Shown: positions 26,431 through 36,360 of the stretch, piece by piece | Numbering within the stretch: the stretch's first letter is position 1 | Layout of the letters: each line of letters begins with the position of its first letter | Source of the DNA: an uncultured virus (IMG/VR IMGVR_UViG_3300020048_000022) | Taxonomy: Duplodnaviria > Heunggongvirae > Uroviricota > Caudoviricetes | Reading direction: 5' to 3' (one strand) | IMG/VR virus record: IMGVR_UViG_3300020048_000022 | DNA: 64,000 bases | Position numbers and translations under genes: made by a program | Notes under the pieces: model-generated | What the model saw: only the letters and a program-made list of their open reading frames with translations | The model's database searches: none | Told to the model about the DNA's origin: nothing

Positions 26431-27198
26431 TTATACCTCTACTAAACCTATTGCAATTATTGAATCTGACTCGATTGACTTTACTAATATTCTATTTTCG
26501 TGGAAATGAATCTCAGATGCCTCTTGGTCGATATAAGAGAATTGATTTTTGTAGATTGTATATACGCTAGGGTTCTCGAATCCGTTTGCAGTTTTTCCTT
26601 TAATTAGATTATATTGAAACGAATTTCCTCTAATTATAACTCCATTTTCTTCAATATCAAAATTAAGTAGCTCTTCTGAATTAGTTTCTATTCCTGTTAG
26701 AGATGCTACCTTCTGAAAATTCTCTCTGGAGATTTCAAAGTTAACCTCTGATCCTTCAGTTGAATGTATCTGCTTCTGTATATTATCATCGATATAAGCT
26801 AATAGGCTAATATCCGCACATTTAATAAAGATATTCAAAGATGGAGAAGAGAACTTAAGACTAGTTGCAATTAGACCTCCTTCGTATGGTTGTGAATCTA
26901 CTATAAGACTAAGCTCCTCTTCTGGTCCGAAGTATTTAAACACGTCCATTAGTTTACCAATTTCTAAGATCCCAATCTTTAATCTCTGAGAAGGAAAATC
27001 TCCCTCTAAAATATCATTGACATCAACGCTTACAAATTTAATTACTGATTTGTCTGGTGTTCTTACTTTTGCAAATAAATTACTTCCCTCAATTTCTAAA
27101 GGTACGCTTTTGTCTACTAGTTTTAGCTTCTTAAGGAAAGCAATAAAATTAGTAGAATTAGCTATTTTAAAATTCCAAATTTGATTTTTCTTACTCAT
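26431..27198 (-). CDS. Probable sliding clamp (gp45-like)
   Basis: 255 aa, clamp-like size and alternating alpha/beta pattern, next to the polymerase half; no diagnostic motif seen. Confidence 0.5.
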   Translation of the reverse strand: MSKKNQIWNFKIANSTNFIAFLKKLKLVDKSVPLEIEGSNLFAKVRTPDKSVIKFVSVDVNDILEGDFPSQRLKIGILEIGKLMDVFKYFGPEEELSLIVDSQPYEGGLIATSLKFSSPSLNIFIKCADISLLAYIDDNIQKQIHSTEGSEVNFEISRENFQKVASLTGIETNSEELLNFDIEENGVIIRGNSFQYNLIKGKTANGFENPSVYTIYKNQFSYIDQEASEIHFHENRILVKSIESDSIIAIGLVEV

Positions 27199-28597
27199 TT
27201 TCTATATTTAATTCTTGTTCTTCTTCTTGTTCTTCTTCGTCTTCAGGATTAAAGATTCTTATACCTTCGTGAAATTCTTCTTTAACTTCTCCTAATAATG
27301 AAGTGGCTTTTGAGCTCTTCTTAGATAGTGTTGAATGTAATTTCTCTGTCAATTTAAGCTTTGCCTTCTGTTCTTTGATCTCATGATTCTTATCTTTTAT
27401 ATCAGCCTTTATTGAATTAATTTCCACAGAAGTCTTAATAATTTCCTCTTTATTCAATTTAATCAATGATATTGATTCCAATCTTCTTGATATTTCTCTC
27501 CTGTACTTAGATACAAATCCTATAACTTCGTCAGAAGACCTTTTCTTATCCGACATGAATAATAGGAATTGTAATTTTGCTTCAAGATATTCCAATTCGT
27601 CATTAAGATAGACAAGGTCCTTCTCATACCTTTTAAGAATTGTTTTTTCCCTCTGTAAAATAAAGTCCTCTAAATAATCCTCTATAAAATCATATTCTAA
27701 AACGTTACCGTCTCTAACAAATACAATATTTTCCGTTACGATCTGTTTAGTTTCCTTTGCTATAAGAACTGACATGTCTTTAAACTCCTGATCTGTACAT
27801 CTGAATTTAATACTTATTTTAACATCGTCAGTGGAAAAGTTATCCATCTTATAATTTAAACCCTTTCTTTCTAATAGTGAATTAAGCCTTATAAAGAATG
27901 ATTCATATCTTTGTAAAGGTGATATTGAATTAATCTTAAAAGTTCTTGTAGCTAAGTCAATTTCAACGTCTCCTTCTATAAGCCATGCAGATCTAAGGCT
28001 ATCCATTTTAGATACCTTACCTTTGAATCCTTTAAAATAAGGCTTTAGCTTCTTTGTTCTATTGCCTTCTAGATATGCAACGACATCATCTGGCTTTCTT
28101 GGTAATATATTAGATTTATATCCTACTGCAATACCTACCACGTGAGTTGATAGGCCAATAGGATAATCAACATGTATCCAATCGTATCCTCCTTCTTCGT
28201 TAGGTATATTTAGATCCTTATACTTTTCAATGATTTCCTTGTACTTACTGGAAATTTTTACTTGTGTATATCTTGGGGCAGATGGTGCAGGATTAACAGG
28301 AGTACCGAAGAATCCGTCGCCTAATAGAATCTGTTCTGCACATGAAAAAGGTCTAGCTAATTTAGATATGGCCTGAGCCATTGAAGAATCCCCGTGATGA
28401 TAAAGACCAGTACTAAAAACTTCACCAATTACGCCAACAGTTTTCTTAAAAGTACTAGGTGAATTCTGTAAGATTAATCTCTGTACAGGTGTTAAAGCAT
28501 CATAAAAATTAGGTATACCTCTACTTTGTATAACATACAAAGCATACTTCCTATAGTCAACATTGATTTGATCCGAGATCGTTATTCTATTCTCCAC
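27191..28597 (-). CDS. Type II topoisomerase GyrA/ParC-like subunit (gp52-like)
   Basis: RGIP...DALTPVQR...YHHGDSS...GFFG...SAPRYT...GIAVG. Confidence 0.92.
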   Translation of the reverse strand: MENRITISDQINVDYRKYALYVIQSRGIPNFYDALTPVQRLILQNSPSTFKKTVGVIGEVFSTGLYHHGDSSMAQAISKLARPFSCAEQILLGDGFFGTPVNPAPSAPRYTQVKISSKYKEIIEKYKDLNIPNEEGGYDWIHVDYPIGLSTHVVGIAVGYKSNILPRKPDDVVAYLEGNRTKKLKPYFKGFKGKVSKMDSLRSAWLIEGDVEIDLATRTFKINSISPLQRYESFFIRLNSLLERKGLNYKMDNFSTDDVKISIKFRCTDQEFKDMSVLIAKETKQIVTENIVFVRDGNVLEYDFIEDYLEDFILQREKTILKRYEKDLVYLNDELEYLEAKLQFLLFMSDKKRSSDEVIGFVSKYRREISRRLESISLIKLNKEEIIKTSVEINSIKADIKDKNHEIKEQKAKLKLTEKLHSTLSKKSSKATSLLGEVKEEFHEGIRIFNPEDEEEQEEEQELNIENE

Positions 28598-28646
28598 TAA
28601 ATAAATTGTTTTATTATTTTATCCAGTGAATCGAATAAAGTTTCTA

Positions 28647-30149
28647 TTAAGAGATGTCGTCGAAGTTAGTAAGTACCTTAGGTTTTTTATTTGTTCCAGT
28701 ACTTCCAGTAGAACCAGTTCCTCCTTCTGTACTTGCTGAAGCAACTACTTCTGCTCCTTGATAAGCAAGACCTTTTAGTGCATTGTCCATAACTTCTTTA
28801 GGAATATCATCTAATTGTATTAAGGCATAATAGAATTTAGTGGCATTCATTTGCTCTTTCTCTGCTTTAGCTATGAAATCTTGCCATTCTTGGTAATCAG
28901 AAAATACTTGACATCCTGCTGACCAAGGTCCAACACAAATACCAACCCCTTTAGTTGATGATCTGTGTATTTGCATTCCACAGGATTCAGTGAAAACCTC
29001 AGCTGGTTTATAACTTTCAAATTTAGTTACTCCGATAGGGTATCTTCCAACTTTAATAGGTTCACCCTCTACCATCATCTTGTATTTTGTACCGGAACCT
29101 AAAGAACTCTCCTGTAAAATATAGAGGGTATCTCCAGGAAGTTTAATACCAACACCTTTAGGGTTCATTGGTTTTTTACCGTAATAAGCTAAACTGGGTA
29201 CTGTTGTTATTTGATATGGCGTTATTTTATCTCCAAGATCAGATGGAGGTATTGGTCCAGTTGGTCCAGTTGGCTGTGTAGGTTGTGATGCTTTATTATC
29301 ATCTCCTGTAGATTTTTTCTTATTATCCTTCTTAGGATCCTCATCAACTAATCCAACTTTTTGTCCAACCCATTTTGCTGCACCCTTTACTCCGCCCCAA
29401 ATCTTACCTAATATTCCTTCTTCGTATAGTTGGATAAATTCATTCTCTGTTATTTCGCCAGATTCTAAAAGATCCTTATTTTCAATAAGAAATACTCTCT
29501 CTTTATTGATATTATCGAAATCTTCAAAAGACCATAAACCAGATTCTGAAATATTTTCTAATTCTAATATTCTTTGGTTTATAAATTCAAGAATTCTTAA
29601 TGATTCATTTTTATTTTTCTTAGCTAGATTGGAAGCCCCAGTAGGTCCAGTTGCCCCAGTAGAGCCTGTACCATCCTTTGCGTTTCCTGGTATAAAATAT
29701 AATGCGTCACAGAATCTATCTTGGTTTGATGTTTCTTTTTTTACAGATAGATTATTTCTTATACCTACTATTACAGATCTTTTCTCGTTTAATTCATTTA
29801 TAATTCTAGAGTATTCACCAGCTTTTTTTTCCTGCAGATAATTAAGGAGTAATTTGATAGTCATTACTGAAAGTGGGGTTTTTTCTAATCTGTAAGGTTC
29901 ACTAGCCCCACACCCTCTATAAGGTAGAGATTCCTTAACCTCTTTAGTTTGATCTATTAAAGAATCTACACCGCCAGTAAGTCCAACATTCTCTCCAAAT
30001 AGACCTTTGATTATACCTGTTGCAATTCTAGATTTTGCTTCTCTTTCAGTCTCTGGTTTCCCTGGATCTGTTGCTCCCGTTGCTCCTGGTAATATTGAAT
30101 CGTCTTGTTCGTTTATAAATTGTTTAAACGTAAATAATTTTTTATCCAT
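28647..30149 (-). CDS. Putative L,D-transpeptidase-like virion protein
   Basis: FTFKQFINEQ N-terminus; GMQIHRS...WSAGCQV (H...SxGC). Confidence 0.5.
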   Translation of the reverse strand: MDKKLFTFKQFINEQDDSILPGATGATDPGKPETEREAKSRIATGIIKGLFGENVGLTGGVDSLIDQTKEVKESLPYRGCGASEPYRLEKTPLSVMTIKLLLNYLQEKKAGEYSRIINELNEKRSVIVGIRNNLSVKKETSNQDRFCDALYFIPGNAKDGTGSTGATGPTGASNLAKKNKNESLRILEFINQRILELENISESGLWSFEDFDNINKERVFLIENKDLLESGEITENEFIQLYEEGILGKIWGGVKGAAKWVGQKVGLVDEDPKKDNKKKSTGDDNKASQPTQPTGPTGPIPPSDLGDKITPYQITTVPSLAYYGKKPMNPKGVGIKLPGDTLYILQESSLGSGTKYKMMVEGEPIKVGRYPIGVTKFESYKPAEVFTESCGMQIHRSSTKGVGICVGPWSAGCQVFSDYQEWQDFIAKAEKEQMNATKFYYALIQLDDIPKEVMDNALKGLAYQGAEVVASASTEGGTGSTGSTGTNKKPKVLTNFDDIS

Positions 30150-30153
30150 GATC

Positions 30154-30161
30154 TATATATC
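30154..30161 (-). promoter_or_regulatory. Late-type promoter GATATATA
   Basis: 4 nt before the ATG. Confidence 0.6.
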
Positions 30162-30163
30162 GA

Positions 30164-30490
30164 TTATTTAGATCTTTTTATCAATAGAGATAATATCACT
30201 GCAATGAAAGAAACTAGTCCAGATCCTATAAAGGAATACAGTAAAAAATCGGGACTTATTATATGACCTTTTATCATAAAACTTACTGTATCTAATTTCA
30301 ATGGGACAAAAAGAAAATATAGAATCATTGAAGCCCAGAATGAAGTACATTGATAACAATTAAGCATATCTCCAAAAAATGGTAAATTTATTAATAACCA
30401 ATTTCTAAATCCTTCAAGAATTTTAGAAGCTACTAAAATGTGGGTTAACCCCCAAATACTAAGTATATAAAATATAAAAGTCATAATCAA
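30164..30490 (-). CDS. DUF1360-like membrane protein
   Basis: Hydrophobic helices; LNCYQCTSFW. Confidence 0.7.
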   Translation of the reverse strand: MIMTFIFYILSIWGLTHILVASKILEGFRNWLLINLPFFGDMLNCYQCTSFWASMILYFLFVPLKLDTVSFMIKGHIISPDFLLYSFIGSGLVSFIAVILSLLIKRSK

Positions 30491-31545
30491 TTAAATATTT
30501 CGTGGTCCTTTAATTCGTCTAAGAATTCTTTCTGTTCCTCAGTGAGATTATCTGGAATTTTTACGTTCAATTCGACTAAGAAATTACCAACACCTCCATA
30601 TCCTAATACAGGAATTCCTTTTTGTGCAAAGCTTAAAACCGTTCCTGGTATAGTTCCAGGAGAAACTATAGCTTTAACCCTTTCACCATCTGGCATTTCT
30701 ACATCTATATTAGTACCCAATACTGCTTCTATAAATGTTATCTGTTTGCTAGAGATAAGATCAACCCCTCTTCTTAAAAATTCAGGATGTGGAATTTCTT
30801 TAATCTTTACATATAGATCACCGCTTTTCCCGTTTGCTTTACCCTCGTTACCCTTACTTGAAACTACAAATTGCATACCATCAGAAGCTCCAGCAGGTAT
30901 ATGAACGTCTATAATATCTTCCTCATTTTTTAATCCATTACCTAAACAATATAGACAAACTTCAAGAACTACTCTACCTACACCTCCACATGAATCACAA
31001 GATCTAACTGAATTCATCTGAACAAATCCATTCATTCTATTTATTGTTAAGAATCCTGAGCCTTTACATGTTCCGCAAGTTTGAAAAGAAGTTCCATTGT
31101 CAGATCCAGTACCCGAGCAAGGCTTACATTTTTTATCCCTCTTGATTTTTATTCTCTTATCAACTCCATTAATAATATCGTGTAGATATAGTTTAAGAGT
31201 TATATTTAACGAAGTACCTTTAGGTGCTTCAGGAGTAAATCCTCTACCATGAGAATAATGGTCGGCAAATGGATCTGAATGATTCCAATTGTTATTAAAG
31301 CTACTAAAATCTCCAAATCCCCCAGAGAAAGAATTCTGAAAACTCCTTTTTCTGTCATATTCCTGTCTTTTAGTTGGATCCCCAATATTTTCGTAAGCCT
31401 CCGTTATCTTTTTGAATCTTTCCTCTGCGTCGGGATCTTTGTTTTTATCAGGGTGATATTTTTTAGCCATCTCACGATAAGCTTTCTTAATAGAATCCTG
31501 ATCCGCATTTTCTTGTACGCCTAGTGTATCGTAATAATTTTCCAT
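30487..31545 (-). CDS. dnaJ: DnaJ chaperone (J domain, zinc finger, C-terminal domain)
   Basis: YHPDKN; four CxxCxGxG repeats. Confidence 0.95.
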   Translation of the reverse strand: MENYYDTLGVQENADQDSIKKAYREMAKKYHPDKNKDPDAEERFKKITEAYENIGDPTKRQEYDRKRSFQNSFSGGFGDFSSFNNNWNHSDPFADHYSHGRGFTPEAPKGTSLNITLKLYLHDIINGVDKRIKIKRDKKCKPCSGTGSDNGTSFQTCGTCKGSGFLTINRMNGFVQMNSVRSCDSCGGVGRVVLEVCLYCLGNGLKNEEDIIDVHIPAGASDGMQFVVSSKGNEGKANGKSGDLYVKIKEIPHPEFLRRGVDLISSKQITFIEAVLGTNIDVEMPDGERVKAIVSPGTIPGTVLSFAQKGIPVLGYGGVGNFLVELNVKIPDNLTEEQKEFLDELKDHEIFN

Positions 31546-31549
31546 TTTT

Positions 31550-31690
31550 CTATTCTTTTGTTGGATTCAAAAAATCCTTAGCAATATTAAATAGATCAAG
31601 AAATGCGGTAGCACCAAAAATTAGTAATCCAATAAACAATAAACTCACAACAATAAAAGGTATTTTAAATACTTTAATTAAAATATTCAT
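31550..31690 (-). CDS. Small membrane protein (46 aa, not in the ORF track)
   Basis: MNILIKVFKIPFIVVSLLFIGLLIFGATAFLDLFNIAKDFLNPTKE; fills the gap between neighbouring genes. Confidence 0.5.
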   Translation of the reverse strand: MNILIKVFKIPFIVVSLLFIGLLIFGATAFLDLFNIAKDFLNPTKE

Positions 31691-31896
31691 TAATCTGGAT
31701 ATTTTTCGTGGAGTCTTGCCATGAAGATCATAATTTTTTTTGTTTCCAATAAATCTTCAATAGTGTATCCTAGCTCCTCTAGCTCTTTTTCAAGATCTAT
31801 ATTAGGATAATTTTCTCTTATCCCTTCAGATACACTTAATAAATAAATCTCACTCTGCGGAGTCCATTTTGAGTTACTTAAATCTAATTCTTCCAT
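31690..31896 (-). CDS. Hypothetical protein
   Basis: 68 aa in the operon. Confidence 0.55.
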   Translation of the reverse strand: MEELDLSNSKWTPQSEIYLLSVSEGIRENYPNIDLEKELEELGYTIEDLLETKKIMIFMARLHEKYPD

Positions 31897-32801
31897 TTCT
31901 CTAAATATTTCAGTAGAGCAAGATCTTTCATCTTGACCTCTAATTCTATATCGAAAACTTTATCATAAGTTTCTATTTTACTCCATATCCAATCGGAGTG
32001 TGCTACATCTTTAACACTAGAATCTTCAAAAAGCTTTCTAGAATCTGAAAAGTGAGTTAGAGCTGGTATATTTTCTGGCCAAGTTGATATACAAAGTTCC
32101 AAACCTTCTTTCTCAGATAATTCGTCCGGATTACATTTATGATGTAAATAATCATAAGTAATAGGTACGCCTATTCTTTTATATATCAAAGTGTAAAGAT
32201 CTGTTGGTGTGAATTGACTTTTTTTGTCATCATTCTCTAGTACCAATCTAGATTTAACCGTATCTGGCAATTTATTATATTCCTGTATGAATCTTTCAGC
32301 AGATTCTTCTTTAGATGGCTTAGTTGTATTAATATGAATGTTTATAGGGTATTTATAACTTCTTTCCAATCCCATTTTATCCATAATTTCTGCATGCTGT
32401 CTAAGTTCTTTTACTGATTTTGTAATCACATCAGGATTCAGTGAAGCGATCACACAAAAATGTGATGGATGGAAGCTAAGTCTTTGTCCAGATTCTTTTG
32501 CTATTCTGCCAGCTTCCTGTAAATTTTTCAATATAGCTTCTATATCAGGGAGTTCATCTATCTCATACTCAGACATCCAAGGAAACATATCAGAACTTAT
32601 TCTGTACATCTTTATTGAATTCTCTGAATTGAATTTGATTATGCGGATTAAATCGCTAGTATTTTTTAAAGCTAGCTCGGAAACATATTTTAGTCCTTCC
32701 CTAAGAAATGTTTTTTTAACCATTCCTCTATTTGTAGTAACACCTTCCTTATCTAATGAAAGACATATACAACAATATCCCATGTTATTTTTATAGCTCA
32801 T
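31884..32801 (-). CDS. uvsE: UV damage endonuclease UvsE/UVDE
   Basis: GYCCI...MYRISSDMFP...RLSFHP...LVLENDD...YDYLHH...H.S...AHSD...ELEVKMKD. Confidence 0.93.
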   Translation of the reverse strand: MSYKNNMGYCCICLSLDKEGVTTNRGMVKKTFLREGLKYVSELALKNTSDLIRIIKFNSENSIKMYRISSDMFPWMSEYEIDELPDIEAILKNLQEAGRIAKESGQRLSFHPSHFCVIASLNPDVITKSVKELRQHAEIMDKMGLERSYKYPINIHINTTKPSKEESAERFIQEYNKLPDTVKSRLVLENDDKKSQFTPTDLYTLIYKRIGVPITYDYLHHKCNPDELSEKEGLELCISTWPENIPALTHFSDSRKLFEDSSVKDVAHSDWIWSKIETYDKVFDIELEVKMKDLALLKYLEKWKN

Positions 32802-32805
32802 ACTA

Positions 32806-32843
32806 CAAATATATTTGAAAATTAAATAGAGGCTCAGATGATT
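32806..32843 (-). promoter_or_regulatory. Early-type promoter, variant
   Basis: AATCAT...TATATTTG, 32-nt offset, 4 nt before the ATG. Confidence 0.55.
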
Positions 32844-32864
32844 TCTGAGTTTTTTCTAAATCAA

Positions 32865-33617
32865 TTAGAAGTCTTTAAGAGATTGAATGATTTTAAATCT
32901 CTCTCTTGCATTAAGATCATCAAGAGTTTCTTTACCAGTTTCTCTTCTAAGAAGTTTTTTGAATTTAGCAGGATCTGTAGTAGCTCCAGACTTTTGAGCA
33001 AATTCTCTAACATCTCTTCTTGAAGGAACTAAATCTAATACTAAAGCTCTTAAAGGGATATTATATTGTAATGCTAGGTTAGCTATTCTGTTACCTGAAA
33101 AAAGATAATAGCTATATTCTGCAGATGTTCTCGTCTCTCCGAAATTTATAAATCTAATGACAATAGGAGCGGGTAATGATAAAGATCCTTTTCTTTTTAA
33201 ATCATCTGATATTTTTATAAGGACATCTCCATATGCTCTACCGTATGCTCCAGCAATGATATTATCAAATTCATAAGCCATTAAATTCTGGATACTATTA
33301 ACATCAAATCCATCTTCAGAAACAATAGGAATTGTTTCCATGTGTCCTTTTTTAAATGGCTCTATAATATATTTAAAAAATTTAGTGGATCTAGCAGCAA
33401 CTTTTCCTACGTCTTTATTACCAATAGTAATATTATGCTGATAGAATTCTAATTTAGCTCTCTCATCATAATGAGTTATCTCCTCAGCAAGATCTGGCAT
33501 TTCCCAGTTTATCTTTAGCTTACCCACATAGCTCTTAACAGGAGCTTGAGTTCCCTCGCTTCCGTCAGGACTATTTGAATCCTGCTCATTAACAAAATCA
33601 CTTAATCTTAAAATCAT
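32865..33617 (-). CDS. Putative virion-internal protein with possible ParB/Srx-like domain
   Basis: LRLSDFVNEQ; LPAPIVI...YLFSGNR. Confidence 0.5.
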   Translation of the reverse strand: MILRLSDFVNEQDSNSPDGSEGTQAPVKSYVGKLKINWEMPDLAEEITHYDERAKLEFYQHNITIGNKDVGKVAARSTKFFKYIIEPFKKGHMETIPIVSEDGFDVNSIQNLMAYEFDNIIAGAYGRAYGDVLIKISDDLKRKGSLSLPAPIVIRFINFGETRTSAEYSYYLFSGNRIANLALQYNIPLRALVLDLVPSRRDVREFAQKSGATTDPAKFKKLLRRETGKETLDDLNARERFKIIQSLKDF

Positions 33618-33622
33618 TAAAG

Positions 33623-33630
33623 TATATATC
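33623..33630 (-). promoter_or_regulatory. Late-type promoter GATATATA
   Basis: 5 nt before the ATG. Confidence 0.6.
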
Positions 33631-35417
33631 TATTTAATATTAGATAACCATTTTTTCCTAGCCTCTGACGAATCGCCAAATGCCATTTCTAGTTTTTCCT
33701 TACTATCTGAATTTTCGTCTATCCCAACAAAATCTTTCCTATTCATTACCCATTCCCAATCTTCCAAAGAAAGAGAACCTAATCCTTTTAAATATCTAAT
33801 ATTACCTGTGGGCTTAGCAGCTTTAAAATCTTCCATGTCCCAATAGTATTTTCTTTTCTTTCCGTCACCTACCGAAACAAGAGGAATTTTTAACGAGCTT
33901 AATCTTTTATTTCTAATAACAGTGGGAAACCATTTATAGAAAAGATTTATTAACAAGGAGGTGATATGTGATCCATCCGGATCTGGATCAGTAGCAATAA
34001 CTATCCTTTTGTATCCTATTATTTCATTATTTCTTGCAGTAGGATCTAATCCTAATATGTGCATCAATTCAAGAATCTCCTTATTGTCTGAAAGATCTCC
34101 AATATTTTTACAGTTCTTTATCTTACCTTTTAGAGCATAAACTCCATCTTCCTTGGGATTTCTTTTCTGTAATATAGATCCCATAGCTGAAAGTCCTTCA
34201 ACTATAAATAGATTTTCTGCAATAGCTTTTTGTGCAGGAAAGTACTTATGAGAATGCTTAAGATTTACTTTTCTTTTCTCTGCTCTAAGTTTTTTTACGT
34301 AACCATCATTCTTTCTCTCCTCAACTTTCTTTGCTATTCTTTCAAATAATTCAGTTTTAAAAAGACCTTGAAGCTTAGCTCCAAATTTATTCATTAAGAG
34401 ATTCTCAATCTCTTCCCTGGTAGTAACAAATCTAGTTTTATTCTGATCCCCAAATTTAACATACTTTGGTGGAAGATTTAATACAATCAGGCAATCATAA
34501 AAATGATGTCCTAATGTGTCTTCTAATTTTGTGTTTACAAAATCATTAAATATTTTCTGGTGTATACCCGAGCAAAGAGCGGAGTTAACAAAACTTAATG
34601 ATCCTGATCCTTCGTACTTTTCCCATATTGTTATCTGCCCTATTTCAGTATTGATCTTAAAAGAATCCTGTGGTAAAAATTCAGGAGATAGATCTATTGC
34701 CTCACCATCCCAAGATAATTCTATTTCAAGTTTACCTATAATTGGATCTCTTTTGATTAGATCGTATTTTAGAATAAGTATAGATGAAAGAACTTCTTTA
34801 TCCCATTTAGAATATCCAAATGTTTCAGAAAGCGGAGTGAAGGTAACAGATGTTCCAGTTTTCATATCCGACGATTTCTTAGAGACCTTAGGATCTTTAC
34901 CTTCGTAATTTTTCCACTCTTGAAAGTAATAGAATTTATCATTCACTGTTTCAATACTGAAATATTTAGAAAGTACATTAACTAAGCTCACTCCCATACC
35001 GTTAGTACCTACTAGTGACTCTTCAACGTCATCATTCTCAAAATTAGATCCTGCTCTTAATTGTGATACCGCGGTTTCAATATTAGATTTCTCGCTTATT
35101 TTATTAATCTCCGTGCCTTTATAGAATCCATTCCCTGAATCTTTAATCGAAACAGAATTGCTTTTAGTATCAATAGCTATAGTGATTTTTTTCATCTTGC
35201 CATTCATTCGTTTAGCTTCGTCTAACGAGTTAGAGAATACCTCATCAAATAACTTATACATTCCAACCGATATGGTCTTAGACTCAACGAAAACCCGGTT
35301 ATCACGGATGACTGGTACTTTCTCGTCAGTTGGTTTAACACTACCAACATAAACCGTTGGTCTTAATAGGATATGCTCCCTCTCAGATAATACTTTAATT
35401 TCTTTATTAGACGACAT
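33630..35417 (-). CDS. Type II topoisomerase GyrB/ParE-like subunit (gp39+60-like, uninterrupted)
   Basis: EHILLRP..YVGS, E.FSNSLDE, GTNGMG, IVEGLSA, LKGK, TDPDPDGSHI, YLKGLGS. Confidence 0.95.
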   Translation of the reverse strand: MSSNKEIKVLSEREHILLRPTVYVGSVKPTDEKVPVIRDNRVFVESKTISVGMYKLFDEVFSNSLDEAKRMNGKMKKITIAIDTKSNSVSIKDSGNGFYKGTEINKISEKSNIETAVSQLRAGSNFENDDVEESLVGTNGMGVSLVNVLSKYFSIETVNDKFYYFQEWKNYEGKDPKVSKKSSDMKTGTSVTFTPLSETFGYSKWDKEVLSSILILKYDLIKRDPIIGKLEIELSWDGEAIDLSPEFLPQDSFKINTEIGQITIWEKYEGSGSLSFVNSALCSGIHQKIFNDFVNTKLEDTLGHHFYDCLIVLNLPPKYVKFGDQNKTRFVTTREEIENLLMNKFGAKLQGLFKTELFERIAKKVEERKNDGYVKKLRAEKRKVNLKHSHKYFPAQKAIAENLFIVEGLSAMGSILQKRNPKEDGVYALKGKIKNCKNIGDLSDNKEILELMHILGLDPTARNNEIIGYKRIVIATDPDPDGSHITSLLINLFYKWFPTVIRNKRLSSLKIPLVSVGDGKKRKYYWDMEDFKAAKPTGNIRYLKGLGSLSLEDWEWVMNRKDFVGIDENSDSKEKLEMAFGDSSEARKKWLSNIK

Positions 35418-35491
35418 TCAAGATTTAATTTTTATAAAATACAATTTACCTTAGTAACTTATATTCTAACAGTAAAAAATGGAAAAGTTTC

Positions 35492-35851
35492 CTACATCAG
35501 TCTGTAGATTAGTCCTTCGTTAATATTATTGCTCTCACATGTGCCTCCTAGAAGTTCAACTACAGTATCTGATGAGTCGTGTTGAAATTTTTGGCAATCA
35601 TCTGTTTCACAAGGACTACAATTGTGATAAATTTTTTGGATTTTACCTTCCTTTATGAATAGTATGTCTAAAGGTAAACAACAGTCTTTCATATGAAAGC
35701 TCTTAGGTCCAGTTTCTTTAAAATTAAAAAGCATCCCCTCATTTTCGAGGAGATGCTCTCTTTGTGAAAGACCTTTTTTGAAATCTTTACATTCTTCTAA
35801 AACAAAAGTATGGTCTCCGATTTTTACTAAATGAAAATCTTCGTATTCCAT
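35492..35851 (-). CDS. DUF192-family protein
   Basis: KGLSQR...GMLF...FHMKDC.LPLDILFI...VVEL.GG; probable start MEYEDF. Confidence 0.8.
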   Translation of the reverse strand: MEYEDFHLVKIGDHTFVLEECKDFKKGLSQREHLLENEGMLFNFKETGPKSFHMKDCCLPLDILFIKEGKIQKIYHNCSPCETDDCQKFQHDSSDTVVELLGGTCESNNINEGLIYRLM

Positions 35852-35858
35852 ATCTGAT

Positions 35859-36344
35859 TTATTTAATGAATGCTTCGTCAACCATTTCTGGTGTGATTTC
35901 TACTAATACATTCTTTTTCTTTAATGAATAAGGAATTGCTATAATAACATTTCTAGCTTCATCTACGTCCTTAACTAAAAATTCAGAATCAACAAAGATA
36001 TTTGTTGATGGCTCATCACCAGTTCTATCTCTATTACCTAGATAAGTATCATTCTCCTCGTCATATTCATCTTCAGTATCTCTACCTGGATTATATCCCA
36101 TTTCAGAATAAATATCTTTCAAATATTGAGGAGCGTTCTTACCTTGAGAAGGAATCTCAGCAACTAAAGTAATCTCTGAAAGTGTTCCGTTCATTACTTG
36201 AGTTAAAAGACTTTTTAATTCAGAAATCAATTGATTTCTCTTAATAGTTCTCTCCGGTTCGAAACTTGTTCCTCTGTATAAAGGCACTCCTGTATTATAA
36301 ACTGACTGTTCATTAATGAAGTCTAAAAATTTTAAAATTCTCAT
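35859..36344 (-). CDS. Hypothetical, putative virion-internal protein
   Basis: MRILKFLDFINEQ; GATATATA at 36362-36369. Confidence 0.6.
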   Translation of the reverse strand: MRILKFLDFINEQSVYNTGVPLYRGTSFEPERTIKRNQLISELKSLLTQVMNGTLSEITLVAEIPSQGKNAPQYLKDIYSEMGYNPGRDTEDEYDEENDTYLGNRDRTGDEPSTNIFVDSEFLVKDVDEARNVIIAIPYSLKKKNVLVEITPEMVDEAFIK

Positions 36345-36360
36345 TATATAACTTTTTATG

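Noticed and set aside
33630..35417. T4 gene 60-type translational hop in the topoisomerase
   Set aside because: The ORF is continuous through TDPDPDGSHI
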